Origin: Octopus sinensis
Taxonomy: Eukaryota
Length of the DNA stretch: 64,000 nucleotides
Direction of reading: 5' to 3'
NCBI RefSeq assembly: GCF_006345805.1
Contig: NC_043006.1
Location: forward strand, 104,718,001 to 104,782,000
Positions 10,148 to 23,942 of the stretch are shown piece by piece. The position numbers and the translations under genes are program-made. The stretch's first letter is position 1. The number at the start of each line of letters is the position of its first letter. The notes beneath the pieces are model-generated. The model ran no database searches. It worked only from the letters and a program-made list of their open reading frames with translations, and had not been told where the DNA came from.

Positions 10148-13100
10148 AAGAAAGATATCGTTTATTCAACACCCAAGCGAACTTATTTCATTCCATCGCT
10201 TCAAAACCATTAAATAAATATATTGAGTGTTCGTTTCGTTGCTTAATTCATATTTCATATCCATTCTTTGTCGTTAGAATGTGTCAAAGAATTGTATCTC
10301 TGCATCCGATAGACCATATGTAAAAATAATGTAAAAGAAACGATTGCATCAGAAATGGGGTTAATGTAGAAGCTAAAACGATAGAGATGTATGTTCAAAC
10401 GAATTTCTATCATAAATGTCTATGTAAATCTAGCTATTTATGTTATTTAATCAAGTGTATTAAAAGCCCAGACGTCTATATGATGTTGAGAAATCAAGAT
10501 CTGCAAAGCCACCAGAAACAAAATTGCTAATAATTCGTTCATAATTGCTTTTGAAGATGGTCTACGGCTATTTCACGAAACTATTGGAATTGTTTCGTTC
10601 GTAGATAATTCATAATTACTTTCTATTTGAAATTTATTTAGAAGTATATGTCTAGGAGAGACAACAGAAACTACTCTAGTTTTTCCCTTATGAAATTACT
10701 TTATGAGGATGAATTATTCAGAGGTCATTGACAACCAAAAGGGTCATTATGTATTGCGTTTTAATGGGTAATTTTCTGTTTAAATTCCAATGTCTGTTAC
10801 TACTTGTCACGAAAAAAAAAAAAAACAGAAATGATTTAAGAGAAGTGAGTAATGGGATGATTACTTTTCACATTTTACAAATGTTAGGGTAAAGCCTTAT
10901 AGCCGTATTATGGTTTCAACAAAGAACCGAACCTGCAAAGCCGTCGTAAATAGTTTCTTAAAAAGAAAAATTATTAATTCAAAAAGTGACCACTAGCGTT
11001 GAACCGAATCATCTCAGGTGAAAAGTAATAGTGAAATTTGTGATAAACTGTCCGTAACAAGCTGACGACCTAATTACGGGTACACGACCTTTAGATTCCC
11101 TCATCTTAAAAGTGATGTGTCATCAGTTGAACCACCAATGCATGTCACCAGATTTGCGCATGTGAAGTACCAAATCTGTGTTTCATTTAAGTAAGAAGTC
11201 AAATGAACCGCTGGCATGTGAAATGACTTCAAAAGATGTAGTATAACTTACTGCTATATTATATCGCTTCAAATCGATACTGTTGAATTATTTGTCTTTC
11301 AAACGTTTTGAAGTTATTCTTTTCATCTTTTACTTGTTCCAGGTCATGTGCTGCAGTCGAACTTCGTAAGTATCCAGCAGTGGTAACCGATAGTTCTGCC
11401 ATAGTTTTTGTTTATAAAGTTAATCAAAGGAAGAAAGATAGTGTGTAGGTTTTTTTTTCTTCTTTTTCCCAGAATCTCTCACATATTGAAATTAGCGCGG
11501 TTAATGCCAATCCTGTACATTTCGAGTTAACAGAAAATTAAATTATTCTTATGTTGTAATCCGAATGCTTGCAGTAAGAGTGAAGCATGCTAAAAGCAAT
11601 GGAGAACCATGTGGTAAAGTTATATTGGGTGTAATTTTAAATTTACCAATTACTTTGTGCAATATAAAATCGTAGGCCTGTTCTGCATTGAACATGTCAC
11701 TCAAAAAGATCAGCTAAACTGTGGTTAGCTAACGAGACAACTAATAATATAAAGCGACTCTGACGATAATCTGTTTAAATTTATTTACTCAGAGAGGGAG
11801 AATCATATGGAGTAATTAGTGTGTTCCTCAAAATATAATGAGACTGAGGATTACGTTGAAATTATTCAGGTCTATCCCCACCTATAAGGAACTTGAGTGG
11901 AGAATGCATAACTGTTAAGAGGTAAATTGGGTGAAGTATTTAGTTCGAGATATGGGGACGAAGAAATATTTTGAGAGGCGACAGGAGTAGCGTTTTTGGG
12001 TGAAGTAAGAAATGTCTAATGCCTTGAGTGAAAAGGGGCAGAATTTCAGATTGTTATAAGACTGCAGCAACGAAAGTTGAACGAACTTGAAATGAACTTC
12101 GTGTGAAGTAAAACTGGTAAAGAAACAATGTGTAAAAGAGTTGCATGCTTCGTGTGGCAAATGTCGTAGGTGGACAGTTAGCTTGTGGAAAGCAGTAAAA
12201 TCCTTCGTGAGTAAAAATCAAAATGGAAGGAAATGACAGGAGGAAGAAGATCGCGTCGGTCGTTTAGTGGTTGCAGTTTGCGGTTGAGTTGGGTTTTGTC
12301 AAACAGACAAATACAGCACTTTTTGATTTCTTTCATACCAGTCCTGAAAGTTTGTCTGTGTTTTTAGGATTAATTGCGTAAAAAACATCTCTAATATGGG
12401 GCCGCACTTGAGCCATACATTTACACGGAAAATCCAATAACGAGAAAATCCAGTAACGATAAATATATCGACTTAGAGAGTGAGTGTTCCACATGAGTCA
12501 CACACAGCAAAGGAATGACAGGTTAATTGTTTATATAAAATACAACAATAGATATAAACATATTATACACATGTGTGCCTGTGTGTGTGTGTGTGTGTGT
12601 GTGTGAATATGCTTAATATTTCAAAGTAAACATGAGTCAGAGATAAGATAATAATAACGAAAACGCGTGATCAAATGTGTTAATAAGCTGACACAACCAA
12701 CCTTTACTTACTCATAGGGAATCGATGATTATATTACATAATATGAGCTCCCGTCTGATCAGAGGGATGGACTGATTAAAAGGAAATTTGGCTGTTATTT
12801 TTAGCAGATTAAACAAATATGTAGAGGCACAATCATTGAGATTCATGTGTAAGAATTATTTCTTTCTATAGGCCACACACACACACACACACACAAACAT
12901 ACGCACTAAGAAAGCACAAATACACGCATAAACACACATTTAAACAGACAACAGACACTTGTTACACAGGTAATGCCTTTGGACATATCAAAATGAAAAT
13001 CTCGTACCATGCATGCTGACTAATATGAAGGTTTATTTATAAATACACTCAAACACATGCACATACATATATACATACATACACACATGCATACAGACAT

Positions 13101-13164
<64 letters not shown>

Positions 13165-13549
13165 CTGTATGAGTTAAAGGTTAAACAAGCATCTAAAGGA
13201 TAATAAATGTCCAATATGCTACTGGATGCATACCTATGTATTTACATCCAAATGCTTGCTGTTGCTTAGCAATAGCGCAATGGAAGAATAAGTATGAGTG
13301 ACGGGTAAACAGAATTTTACTCAAAATTTATGAGGCGAGGAAGGAAATGGAGAGGATAATTAATTAACAAACATCAATTGGATCTGTTTATTAATTACAG
13401 TCATAGGTATAAAAAAGTAAATAAAAAGGTAAATAAATAAATAAATGAATAAGAATAATTGAGCGAATAATACTATACCCTTACAGTTGTTTCTAGTTCG
13501 GGGTTCAATCCTGCCAAAAGTCGGCACATCAAACCATTTATTGTTATAC

Positions 13550-13763
13550 TCATTTACTCATTTACTTGTTTCAGTCATTTGACTGCGGCCATGCTGGAGC
13601 ACCGCCTTTAGTCGAGTAAATCGACCCCAGGACATATTCTTTGTATGCCTAGTACTTATTCTATCGGTGTCTCTTACTGAACCGCTAAGTTACGGGGACG
13701 TAAACACACCAGCATCGGTTGTCAAGCGATGTTGAGGGGACAAACACAGACACACAAACATAT

Positions 13764-13806
<43 letters not shown>

Positions 13807-13982
13807 TATACATATATACGACGGGCTTCATTCAGTTTCCGTCTACCAAATCCAGTCACAAGGCTTTGGTCGGCCCGAGGCTATAGTAGAGGACACTTGC
13901 TCAAGTTGCCACGCAGTGGGACTGAACCCGGAACCATGTGGTTCGTAAGCAAGCTACTTACCACACAGCCACTCCTTCGCCT
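13550..13982 (-). mobile_element. SINE family A, full length (head, CORE, microsatellite, tail)
   Basis: Head, CORE, internal (AT)/(GT)n and tail in order. Confidence 0.85.
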
Positions 13983-14345
13983 ATTTTAATTTTTATTTTA
14001 CTTCCTCACATGGACAATCTGATGAAGCTTTGGGGTTCAGTTATTGTCTAATCTCTGTCCAAACTTTGTTCAACCCCTGAATAATATTGGTATGATGTGC
14101 CACCTTTTGGCAGGATTGAACCCGGAACTAGAAACAACTGTAAGAGTATAGTATTCTTCACTCATTTAGTTATACCTATGATTGTTATTAATAAATAGAT
14201 CAATTGATATTTGCAGGCTGATGTCTGTTAATTAATCATCCTCTCCATGTTCTTTGCTTTATATATATATACATACATACATACATACATACATACATAC
14301 ATAATACATACATACATATACATACATACACACATGCATACAGAC

Positions 14346-14387
<42 letters not shown>

Positions 14388-14768
14388 TGTATGAGTTAAA
14401 GGTTAAACAAGCATCTAAAGGATAATAAATGTCCAATATGCTACTGGATGCATACCTATGTATTTACATCCAAATGCTTGCTGTTGCTTAGCAATAGCGC
14501 AATGGAAGAATAAGTATGAGTGACGGGTAAACAGAATTTTACTCAAAATTTATGAGGCGAGGAAGGAAATGGAGAGGATAATTAATTAACAAACATCAAT
14601 TGGATCTGTTTATTAATACAGTCATAGGTATAAAAAAGTAAATAAAAAGGTAAATAAATAAATAAATGAATAAGAATAATTGAGCGAATAATACTATACC
14701 CTTACAGTTGTTTCTAGTTCGGGGTTCAATCCTGCCAAAAGTCGGCACATCAAACCATTTATTGTTAT

Positions 14769-14984
14769 ACTCATTTACTCATTTACTTGTTTCAGTCATT
14801 TGACTGCGGCCATGCTGGAGCACCGCCTTTAGTCGAGTAAATCGACCCCAGGACATATTCTTTGTATGCCTAGTACTTATTCTATCGGTGTCTCTTACTG
14901 AACCGCTAAGTTACGGGGACGTAAACACACCAGCATCGGTTGTCAAGCGATGTTGAGGGGACAAACACAGACACACAAACATAT

Positions 14985-15025
<41 letters not shown>

Positions 15026-15201
15026 TATACATATATACGACGGGCTTCATTCAGTTTCCGTCTACCAAATCCAGTCACAAGGCTTTGGTCGGCCCGAGGC
15101 TATAGTAGAGGACACTTGCTCAAGTTGCCACGCAGTGGGACTGAACCCGGAACCATGTGGTTCGTAAGCAAGCTACTTACCACACAGCCACTCCTTCGCC
15201 T
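14769..15201 (-). mobile_element. SINE family A, full length (duplicated copy)
   Basis: Same as 13550-13982, inside the tandem duplication. Confidence 0.85.
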
Positions 15202-15500
15202 ATTTTAATTTTTATTTTACTTCCTCACATGGACAATCTGATGAAGCTTTGGGGTTCAGTTATTGTCTAATCTCTGTCCAAACTTTGTTCAACCCCTGAA
15301 TAATATTGGTATGATGTGCCACCTTTTGGCAGGATTGAACCCGGAACTAGAAACAACTGTAAGAGTATAGTATTCTTCACTCATTTAGTTATACCTATGA
15401 TTGTTATTAATAAATAGATCAATTGATATTTGCAGGCTGATGTCTGTTAATTAATCATCCTCTCCATGTTCTTTGCTTTATATATATATACATACATACA

Positions 15501-15584
<84 letters not shown>

Positions 15585-15601
15585 TATATATATTATATAT
15601 A

Positions 15602-15634
<33 letters not shown>

Positions 15635-15640
15635 ATATGG

Positions 15641-15785
15641 GAGTGGGACGAAAGAACTCTGGCCGAAATAAGATTAAGATTAATGTAAAAAATAAATAAC
15701 GCTGAAGCAAAGTAACACCAAGTATATAGTGCGTGTGTTTTTATTGGCTAAACTGGCAAAATGTCCATTCCTAAATACAACAATA
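15641..15785 (+). mobile_element. Penelope-like pLTR fragment carrying the 3' half of a hammerhead
   Basis: gacGAAAgaactctggccgaaataagattaag matches the minus-strand element at 26225-26392. Confidence 0.6.
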
Positions 15786-15861
15786 TCTGTTTCAACTCAC
15801 GATTTCACATCAAAAGTCTTGCACAACAAATATATAAACGTATATATATATATATATATAT

Positions 15862-15932
<71 letters not shown>

Positions 15933-15955
15933 TACGGTAAACAATGAATATGAGT

Positions 15956-16229
15956 GACTATGGGATTGCACCTAAAAAGTTACCCTCCTAGACACAAGTC
16001 CGGGCAAGGTTGTTTATGGAAGACCAGCAGTCGCCCATGCATACCAGCCTCCCCTCTCCACGCCACCAGTGTTATCCAAGGGAAAGACAAAGGCCGATGC
16101 AGCTTGGCACCTGTGACGTCGCAACTCATTTCTACAGATGAGTGAAAATAAAGTGTGTTGCTCAAGAACACAACACACAGCCCGGTCCGGGAATCGAACT
16201 CACTACCTCATGATTGTGAGCCCGACGCC
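15956..16229 (-). mobile_element. tRNA-derived SINE with RTE-type 3' end
   Basis: Minus strand has B-box gagttcgattcccgg, then gtgttcttgagcaa, and ends ggtgcaatcccatagtc (RTE-like tgcaatcccat tail). Confidence 0.65.
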
Positions 16230-16261
16230 ACATACATACACACATATATACATCTATAACT

Positions 16262-16912
16262 CCGAGGGAGATATTTTTCTGCAATCCTAACGTGATAAGT
16301 TGTGGTTAACCAAGGGCAGCTTCCGGAAGCTCTTGTCAAACGTGAGCCTTTCGAATACCTGGCGATGATCTGAGTCTGGTGGAATTATGAGGAAATAGTT
16401 CATTACGAGTTCAATCAACACGATGGAACCATCGACTCCAGCCTGTAGTCCGAACAGCTGGAGCGGATGTATACCATGGTGAGCCAAAAAGGCCTGTCAC
16501 TGGTTAACAAACAGTGAGTTTATTTGCAGCAAGACAGTGCAACGCCTCATACCGCTCGAATAACCTGAAATAAACTCCAGGAATCTACGGGAATCGAACT
16601 GATGTCATAACCAGCATATAGTCCAGACTTATACACTCGTATTATCACTTGTTCCTATCCATGTTCCTATCTGTTCCTGCATTTGCGACACTTTATCAAC
16701 CAAGAGCAGATAGACGTTTCTGGGAAAGAATTCTGCACCTCGAAGGTTAAGAACTGGTGTCAGTGTGGGATCAAAGAGCATGCAGAAATACAGTTTTAGA
16801 CAGTGTAACACGATGGCCTTTACTTTGAATGGTAGGTTGCATTTGTTGTAACTTGATGAATAAAGCAAATACGTTATGAAAATTATTGTAAAACTTTTGA
16901 CTCAACACAATA
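16262..16912 (+). mobile_element. Mariner remnant, 3' half with right TIR
   Basis: Peptides VWWNYEEIVHYE, LQQDSATPHTAR, AYSPD; ends aaaacttttgactcaacacaata. Confidence 0.75.
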
Positions 16913-17289
16913 TTTAACAATATATGTGTGTGTGATCTTTTCTACTTGGCTGTCACTTTTCAACTTCTTCAATTTTTATTGCAATCGATTTCATATTTGG
17001 CGTACTTGGGTAGTTTTATAATGTAATCATGGTCATGAAACTGATTTTCGCCATAAATCAATAAAGAGCTAATAGCTCTCAATGTTTGAAATTTTGGGAA
17101 AGTTTAGCCAATCGAAAGCCACAGACATATCGGTGTCTGTTTCCATAGTAACAAGCCAATTTATTTCTAAACTTATCATCACGTGTTTTTTTGTCGCTTA
17201 TTAAATGCTTAAAAGCATGCGGTATGAGGTGATCATGAGATGAGCTAACAATAATAGCTAAAAAGGCCTTAAACCACGCACAAAAATCT

Positions 17290-17700
17290 TTAAAAAACTT
17301 TTATAAATTTTAAAATTTCCACATGTGCAGCAAAACAGGAAAAAATCCTATACATACACACACATATATATGTATGTGTGTGTGGGGGGGGTTCTCTTTC
17401 TGATAATGAAACATCACAGTTAACTGCGCATATTTCTTTGGTTGCTTGTGAAGCCTTTTTCCCTTTACTGAAAAAGAAAAGCATCAAGTGCCGAAAATTT
17501 ACTTTCTCATCCTCCATCTTTAAAGGGTTACAGAATTAACACAGGTTATAGGAACATAAACCTTCTTCCACGAAACGATAGATTCAACTGTGCTATAAAT
17601 AGAGGTGTAGTCAAATCCTATTTTATGGACTCAACCATGTTCTAAAATAAGTCGAAGGGTAAGCTACTATAAATCGGCACGAACTTTCCAGGCAACCCGA
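17290..17700 (-). mobile_element. Mariner 5' fragment with left TIR (family of 27236-27796)
   Basis: MEDEKVNFRHLMLFFFSKGKKASQATKEICAV; TIR tatcgggttgcctggaaagttcgtgccg; 5' region collinear with 27580-27796. Confidence 0.8.
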
Positions 17701-18011
17701 TATATGCATATGCCCACTGCAACACATTTAATTCGTTGTAGGAATTGTTTAACGATGTTTCTGGTGATATTTTAGTGCGTTTAAAGCATATCCTATATAG
17801 TTTATAAATGAAATGCATGTACTGTGTGCTTCGTGTGTAACACTAACATCAATATTTTGCCCCTGTGTACAATCTGTTCGTGTGAGTGCTTATGTGTGTA
17901 TGATCTGAATGATCTGCTACTGAAGTTATAGTCCCGAGTAGTGTTATTTTCTTATTTCTTCATTGCCCACAAGGGGCCAAACACAGAGGGGACAAACAAG
18001 GACAGACAAAG

Positions 18012-18317
18012 GATCCAGGTATAGCTCCTACGTTTTTGTTCATATGTTTTTTATCATGCCCTTTGCTCCTATTAGCATTGGTATTGTTTTAACCTCCAAG
18101 CCCAATATCTTGAATAGTTCAATGTCGAGGTCTTTGTACTTTAACAATTTCTCCACTCAATTTTGGACGATATTTTGATCAGAAGTATCTGCAATCTCTA
18201 TCGGTAAGCAGGTGTTTTATTCCGCAGTTCTTGATTATTACGTCTGGGCGATTAGCTTTTATTTCTTCGTCGGTTTGAACCGGTATATCCTCTTTGCCAA
18301 CTTGAAACGGCATCCTA
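18012..18317 (-). mobile_element. R4/Dong-type LINE, RLE endonuclease fragment
   Basis: DIPVQTDEEIKANRPDVIIKN and downstream KYKDL and G.KGMIKK motifs across frameshifts; abuts (ATT)n. Confidence 0.75.
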
Positions 18318-18341
18318 TTATTATTATTATTATTATTATTA

Positions 18342-18381
<40 letters not shown>

Positions 18382-18399
18382 GTTATTATTACTATTACT

Positions 18400-18925
18400 A
18401 TTCAGCGAGAGATTAGCACATGTTATCAAAGTGAAGCTCGAGTGAAATATACGAAGCCCAGTATGAACATCATGATTACCCGTCCGATAATGGTACACCA
18501 GGCACATACGTCACAATCATGTTTGCGCGACATGGTGACCTCATATTAAGTTAAACAGCGCATGACCTTGCAGGTGGAGCCCAGTTAGAATTTTCTTCGC
18601 GTGGAGTAGCCCAACCTGCTCAAAAGGTCCTTGAATAAGGTTTGTTTAAAGATGATGAACAAAACCCCTAGAGGTGAATTATTCAAACCCCCAAAGAACT
18701 CCTCTCAACACATGGCTCCCCCACTACTTCTGCTCGTGTTCGGTGATGGACATATCGTCAGCCACCAAGAGATAGGCTCAACGGGTTAAGGTCAAACAAC
18801 AGACAAGCAAATCTGGGTATTTGCTGTAGCCCATCTTTTATACCAAGACAAAAAATGTACATGATAACACTTTCAATCAGTTAAGATCAGAAGGCATCAC
18901 TGCCTGGTACTGCATCAGGGCATTT
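18400..18925 (-). mobile_element. Unclassified ~560-bp (TAA)n-embedded element, family C, copy 1
   Basis: Collinear with 21566-22071 and 22628-23190; (ATT)n on the left, (ACT)n on the right. Confidence 0.75.
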
Positions 18926-18939
18926 ACATTTACTACTAT

Positions 18940-19008
<69 letters not shown>

Positions 19009-19090
19009 CACTACTACTACCACTACTACTACTACTGCTACTACTACTACTACTACTACTACTTATTATTATTATTATTATTATTATTAT

Positions 19091-19140
<50 letters not shown>

Positions 19141-19141
19141 T

Positions 19142-19642
19142 ATGTTTGACTTTTGCTTTTTTATTTGTACTATTTAACTCCAAGTCTCACCCAGAGACCT
19201 CAAGTTGAAGTTCAAGTTGATGTTATGACTAGGGTGCATATATTTGGATTTGCACAAAGCATTGTTCTAGAGAATGTTTAAGAAAATACAAGAAAATTCT
19301 TATAAGTTTTCATTTTTTAATTTGAGATTACATAGACTGTATTTTTACGTAGGATATGGTCATTAACATGAGCACTAGTTTTTGAATTTCTGCCGTTTTG
19401 GATTTCCTGGTATCTGAGCTAGTTAACAATCAGCCCCTTCTTCTATCATTCCTAGGACACGTATGGCAACAGTTTTAGCCTTGAGGTTCCGCATTTATAC
19501 TTGTTCAGTTTTTAGTAGGTCGATTTCGACAGTCATATCGATGAGGCGGCGTGATTTTTGTCTGAAGTCCTTCAATATGTCTGGCTTATTCGCATCTAAC
19601 TTTCTGTCAGTTTGAACGGTGAAGCTCCAGAAGAGTGAGACA
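19142..19642 (-). mobile_element. R4/Dong-type LINE 3' fragment (RLE end plus 3' UTR)
   Basis: SLFWSFTVQTDRKLDANKPDI..LIDMTV, then LKAKTVAIRVLGMIEEG and LAQIPGNP. Confidence 0.7.
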
Positions 19643-19728
19643 TTCCGCCGAGGTCGACTTTGCCTTTCATCCTTTCGGGGTCGATAAATTAAGTACCAGT
19701 TACGCACTGGGGTCGATGTAATCGACTA
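19643..19728 (+). mobile_element. SINE family B central fragment
   Basis: ttccgccgaggtcgactttgcctttcatcctttcggggtcgataaattaagtaccag. Confidence 0.75.
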
Positions 19729-19795
19729 TCACTTTCCTTCCTCATCGTTCTTCTTCTTCTTCTTCTTCTTCTTCTTCTTCTTCTTCTTCTTCTTC

Positions 19796-19878
<83 letters not shown>

Positions 19879-19887
19879 TTCATTATT

Positions 19888-20011
19888 ATTGAGTGAGAGA
19901 GCAGTGAATGGCATCAAAGTGACAATCGGGTAAAATACGAAGCCCAGTATTCTCTTCATGACAACCGGTCTGATAAGAGCACATGCATCACAACAATATG
20001 TGCGCGACATG

Positions 20012-20013
<2 letters not shown>
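19888..20013 (-). mobile_element. Family C element, truncated copy
   Basis: gagtgagagagcagtg..gtgcgcgacatggt, between (ATT)n and (GTA)n. Confidence 0.7.
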
Positions 20014-20050
<37 letters not shown>

Positions 20051-20268
20051 AGGCGGCGGTCTGGCAAGATCGTTAAGCAGGCTGAACGAAATACTTGGCA
20101 GTATTTCGCCCGTCGCTCCGTTCTGAATTCAAATTCTGCCGAGGTCGACTTTTTTCTCTCACCCTTTCTGGGTCGATAAATTAAGTACCAATTGAATACT
20201 GAAGTCGATGTGATCGACTCTTCCCCTCCCCACAAAATCCGGTCCTTGTACCTATAGTAGAAAGGATT
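20051..20268 (+). mobile_element. SINE family B', alternative tail
   Basis: Family B head and centre, but tail ggtccttgtacctatagtagaaagg followed by (ATT)n. Confidence 0.75.
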
Positions 20269-20444
20269 ATTATTATTATTATTATTATTATTTTGCTCTT
20301 TAATTTTTTTCTCTTTCCCTAATCCCTGCAGTATGAGTTAATAACTCATAATATTGATGAGATATGAAAATAGAAATTTCTGCTGCTGCTGCTGGTACTA
20401 CTACTCCAATTAACACAATACCACCACCACCACCACAACAACAA

Positions 20445-20486
<42 letters not shown>

Positions 20487-20527
20487 ACGAAGAAGAACTA
20501 ACTGTTCGTAGTGTAACTGTTTATATA

Positions 20528-20752
20528 TTTCCTTATTGCCCACCAGGGGCTAAATATAGAGGGGACAAACAAGGACAAAGGGATTAAGTCGATTACATCG
20601 ACCCCAGTGCGAAACTGGTACTTTATTTATCGACCCCGAAAGGATGAAAGGCAAAGTCGACCTCGGCGGAATTTGAACTCAGAACGTAACGACACACGAA
20701 ATACCACTAAGCCTTTCACCCGACGCGCTACCGTGTCTGCCAGCTCGCCGCC
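20528..20752 (-). mobile_element. SINE family B, full length
   Basis: Minus strand runs from ggcggcgagctggcagaca to cccctggtgggcaataagg. Confidence 0.85.
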
Positions 20753-21299
20753 GATTTCGTAGAGTAACTGTGTATAGTCGCACTCGCATCACCAGTTTTA
20801 GCTGGAGTTGTAGTAAGAGCAATAAAAGCAACAGCATCTGCAGGAACAGTAGTAGTAGCAGTAGTAGTGTTTGTTGTTTACATTTTCGTCGAACACGATC
20901 GCTATCAAAGGCGTTCCAGCCGTGGCATTTATGTATCATTTTCAATCAGCTGTGTTTATAGGTCTGCTTTTTTAAAGAAACAGCGCACGCAAAATCGTGT
21001 CGCCAGAGTGTGCAAGAGTATGCGCGTCAGCGTGTGCGTGTATGTGTGTTAATGTACGCGTGAGAGAGAGAGAGAGAAGGATTTTGGAGAAATGTGGCTG
21101 ATATATGGCATATAGGGAAGGATAAAGTGACAATCTAAAGGATCGCTACCACCGGTAGCAGCAGCAACAGCAGCAATAAGAGCAGCAGCAGAAATGACAG
21201 TAGCAGCAGCAACAGCGGCACCAGCAGTGGCAGTAGTAGCAGCCTCACTAGCAGTAGCAGCAGCAGCAGTGTTATTATTATTATTATTATTATTAATAA

Positions 21300-21530
21300 G
21301 GCGGCGAGCTGGCAGAAACGTTAGCACGCCGGACGAAATGCTTTGTGTTATTTCGTCCGCTGCTGCGTTCTGAGTTCAAATTCCGCCGAGGTCGACTTTG
21401 CCTTTCATCCTTTCGGGGTCGATAAATTAAGTAGCAGTAACGCACTGGAGTCGATGTAACCGACTTAATCCCTTTGTCTGTCCTTGATTGTCCCCTCTGT
21501 GTTCAGCCCCTTGTGGACAATAAAAAAAAA
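21300..21530 (+). mobile_element. SINE family B, full length
   Basis: ggcggcgagctggcagaaacgttagc...gagttcaaattcc...gccccttgtggacaataaa. Confidence 0.88.
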
Positions 21531-21565
21531 TTATCATTATTATTATTATTTTTATTATTATTATT

Positions 21566-22070
21566 ATTGAGTGAGAGAGCAGTTCATGCCATCAAAGTGA
21601 CACTGGGGTAAAATATACGAAGCCCAATATACCCATCATGACTACCCGTCTGATAAAGGTACACCAGGCACATGCATCACAACCATATGTGCGCGACATG
21701 GTGATCTCATATCAAGATAAACTGCACATGACCTTGCAGGTGGGGCCCAGTTAGAATCTTCTTCAGGTTGAGTAGCCCATCCCGCTCAAACGGTCCCTGA
21801 ATAAGGGTTGTTTAAGGATGTTGAAAGAACCACCCATGTTTCCAGAGGTGAACTATTCAAACCCCAAAGAATCCCTCTCAACACATGGCTATGATGCTCC
21901 CCCACTACTTCTACTCGTGATCAGAGATGCACATACCGTCAGCCACTAAGGGACATGCTCAACTGGTTTAGGTCAAACAACTGACAAGCAAATCTGTGGT
22001 ATTGAGCAGAATATTTGCTGTAGCCCATCTTTTATACCAAGACAAAACAATGTACATGATAACACTTCCA

Positions 22071-22071
<1 letters not shown>
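21566..22071 (-). mobile_element. Family C element, copy 3
   Basis: Collinear with the other copies; (ATT)n on both sides. Confidence 0.75.
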
Positions 22072-22113
<42 letters not shown>

Positions 22114-22472
22114 GTGGTAGTAGTAGTAGTAGTAGTAGTAGTAGTAACAGTTTCTTAGATGGTATGGTAGTCAAATTGGCATAACTCACTCTTGCAGTAA
22201 TACCTAATGGTCATTTTTGTTGCTGTTTTCGCTGTGGCATTTGTTATTTTAGTTTTTCGGTTGTCTTTCTTAATCCCTGGTCCCAACTAAACGAGCAGAT
22301 ATTCGTGTCTCTTCTCATCAATGGAAGCCCCACTTTCTCTCTCTCTCTTTCTCTGTGTGTGTGTGTGTGTGTGTTTGTATGTATTTGCGTATGCGTTTGT
22401 GTGTGTTATTGCGTCCTTTGATATTGTCTTCTATGTTTTGGTCCCCCATGACCAATAAAAGATAGTATTAAG

Positions 22473-22542
<70 letters not shown>

Positions 22543-22627
22543 TATTATTATTATTATTATTTTTATTACTATTATTATTTTCATCATCATCATCATCATC
22601 ATCTTCATCATCATCATCCTTATTATT

Positions 22628-23187
22628 ATTGAATGATAGGGCAGTTCATGCCATCAAAGTGACACTGGGGTAAAATATACGAAGCCCAATATACCCGTCA
22701 TGGCTACCCGTCTGATAAAGGCGCACCAGGCACATGCATCACAACCATATGTGCGTGATATGGTGATCTCATATCGAGATAAACAGCGCATGACCTTGTA
22801 TGTGGGCTCAGTTAGAATTTTCTTCTCGTCGAGTAACCCATCCCGCCCAAAAGGTCCCTGAATAAGGGTTGTTTAAGGTTGTCGAATGAAACACACATGT
22901 TTCCAGAAGTGAATTATTCAAACCCAAAAGAATCCCTCTCAACACATGGCTATGATGCTCCCCCACTATTTCTGCTCGTGATTAGAGATGCACATATCGT
23001 CAGCCACTAAGGGACATGCTCAACTGGTTATGGTCAAACAACTGACAAGCAAATCTGTGATATTGAGCAGAGTATTTGCTGTAGCCCATCTTTTATACCA
23101 AGACAAAACAATGCACAGGATAACACTTCCAGTCAGTTAAGATCAGAAGGCATGAGAGCCAATGTCTGGTACTGCATTAGGGCATGC

Positions 23188-23190
<3 letters not shown>
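22628..23190 (-). mobile_element. Family C element, copy 4 (longest)
   Basis: Collinear with the other copies; (ATT)n/(ATC)n on both sides. Confidence 0.75.
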
Positions 23191-23372
<182 letters not shown>

Positions 23373-23482
23373 TTTTCAGTAGTTTCATTTTTATAGCGTG
23401 CTTTCACTTCACTCCCGAGCGCAGCTCTGTGTGCCTTAGGTATGTGCTCTGATTTGTTGTGATGCTATGATTATTATTATTA

Positions 23483-23530
<48 letters not shown>

Positions 23531-23769
23531 AAAATGGTCAGTAAATGCCCCCCCCCATTCTATTCATGCGCCTATAGGTAGGAGAGCAACAGTTAGGAGA
23601 GAGCCTTTGCTAAGCTGGTCAGAGTAATCCTGGTCATGTGGCATTCCTTGATTGGCACAAGTTTTTCTTTTGTGTAAATCCCCACACAAGTTGCTGATTG
23701 TCCTTGTGATGCCCCCACCCTCATCCATTGCTCCTGCGGTTAATGAAAGAAATCTAACAGAAAAGTTAA

Positions 23770-23942
23770 GGCATCGGGCATAAGGCTTTGGGGTATTTCG
23801 TCCGTCTGTACGTTCTGAAATTAAATTCTGTCAAGGTGGACTTTGCTCTTCATCCCTTTAAAGGTTGATAAAATAAGTACCAATTAAGCACTGGGGTTGA
23901 TCTTACCCGAAATTGCTGGCCTTGTGTCCAAATTTGAAACCA
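23770..23942 (+). mobile_element. SINE family B', alternative tail
   Basis: Diverged centre; tail ggccttgtgtccaaatttgaaac followed by attattatt. Confidence 0.65.

Larger units (their letters stand above)
13070..15520. repeat. Direct tandem duplication, ~1.22-kb unit, 2 copies
   Basis: gtctgtatgagttaaagg at ~13163 and ~14385; unique parts differ only by a few single-base indels. Confidence 0.92.

Noticed and set aside
11060-11875. Isolated CTGACGA and CTGAGGA heptamers at ~11062, 11760 and 11846
   Set aside because: No matching stem II and GAAA geometry; expected by chance.
11915-12420. 81-aa minus-strand ORF and UTR-like unique sequence
   Set aside because: No recognisable domain or convincing splice signals; may be a real UTR but cannot be supported.
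14013-14048. gacaat-CTGATGA...attgtc (also ~15232-15267) with a 6-bp stem I
   Set aside because: No GAAA between the stems, so no catalytic core can form.
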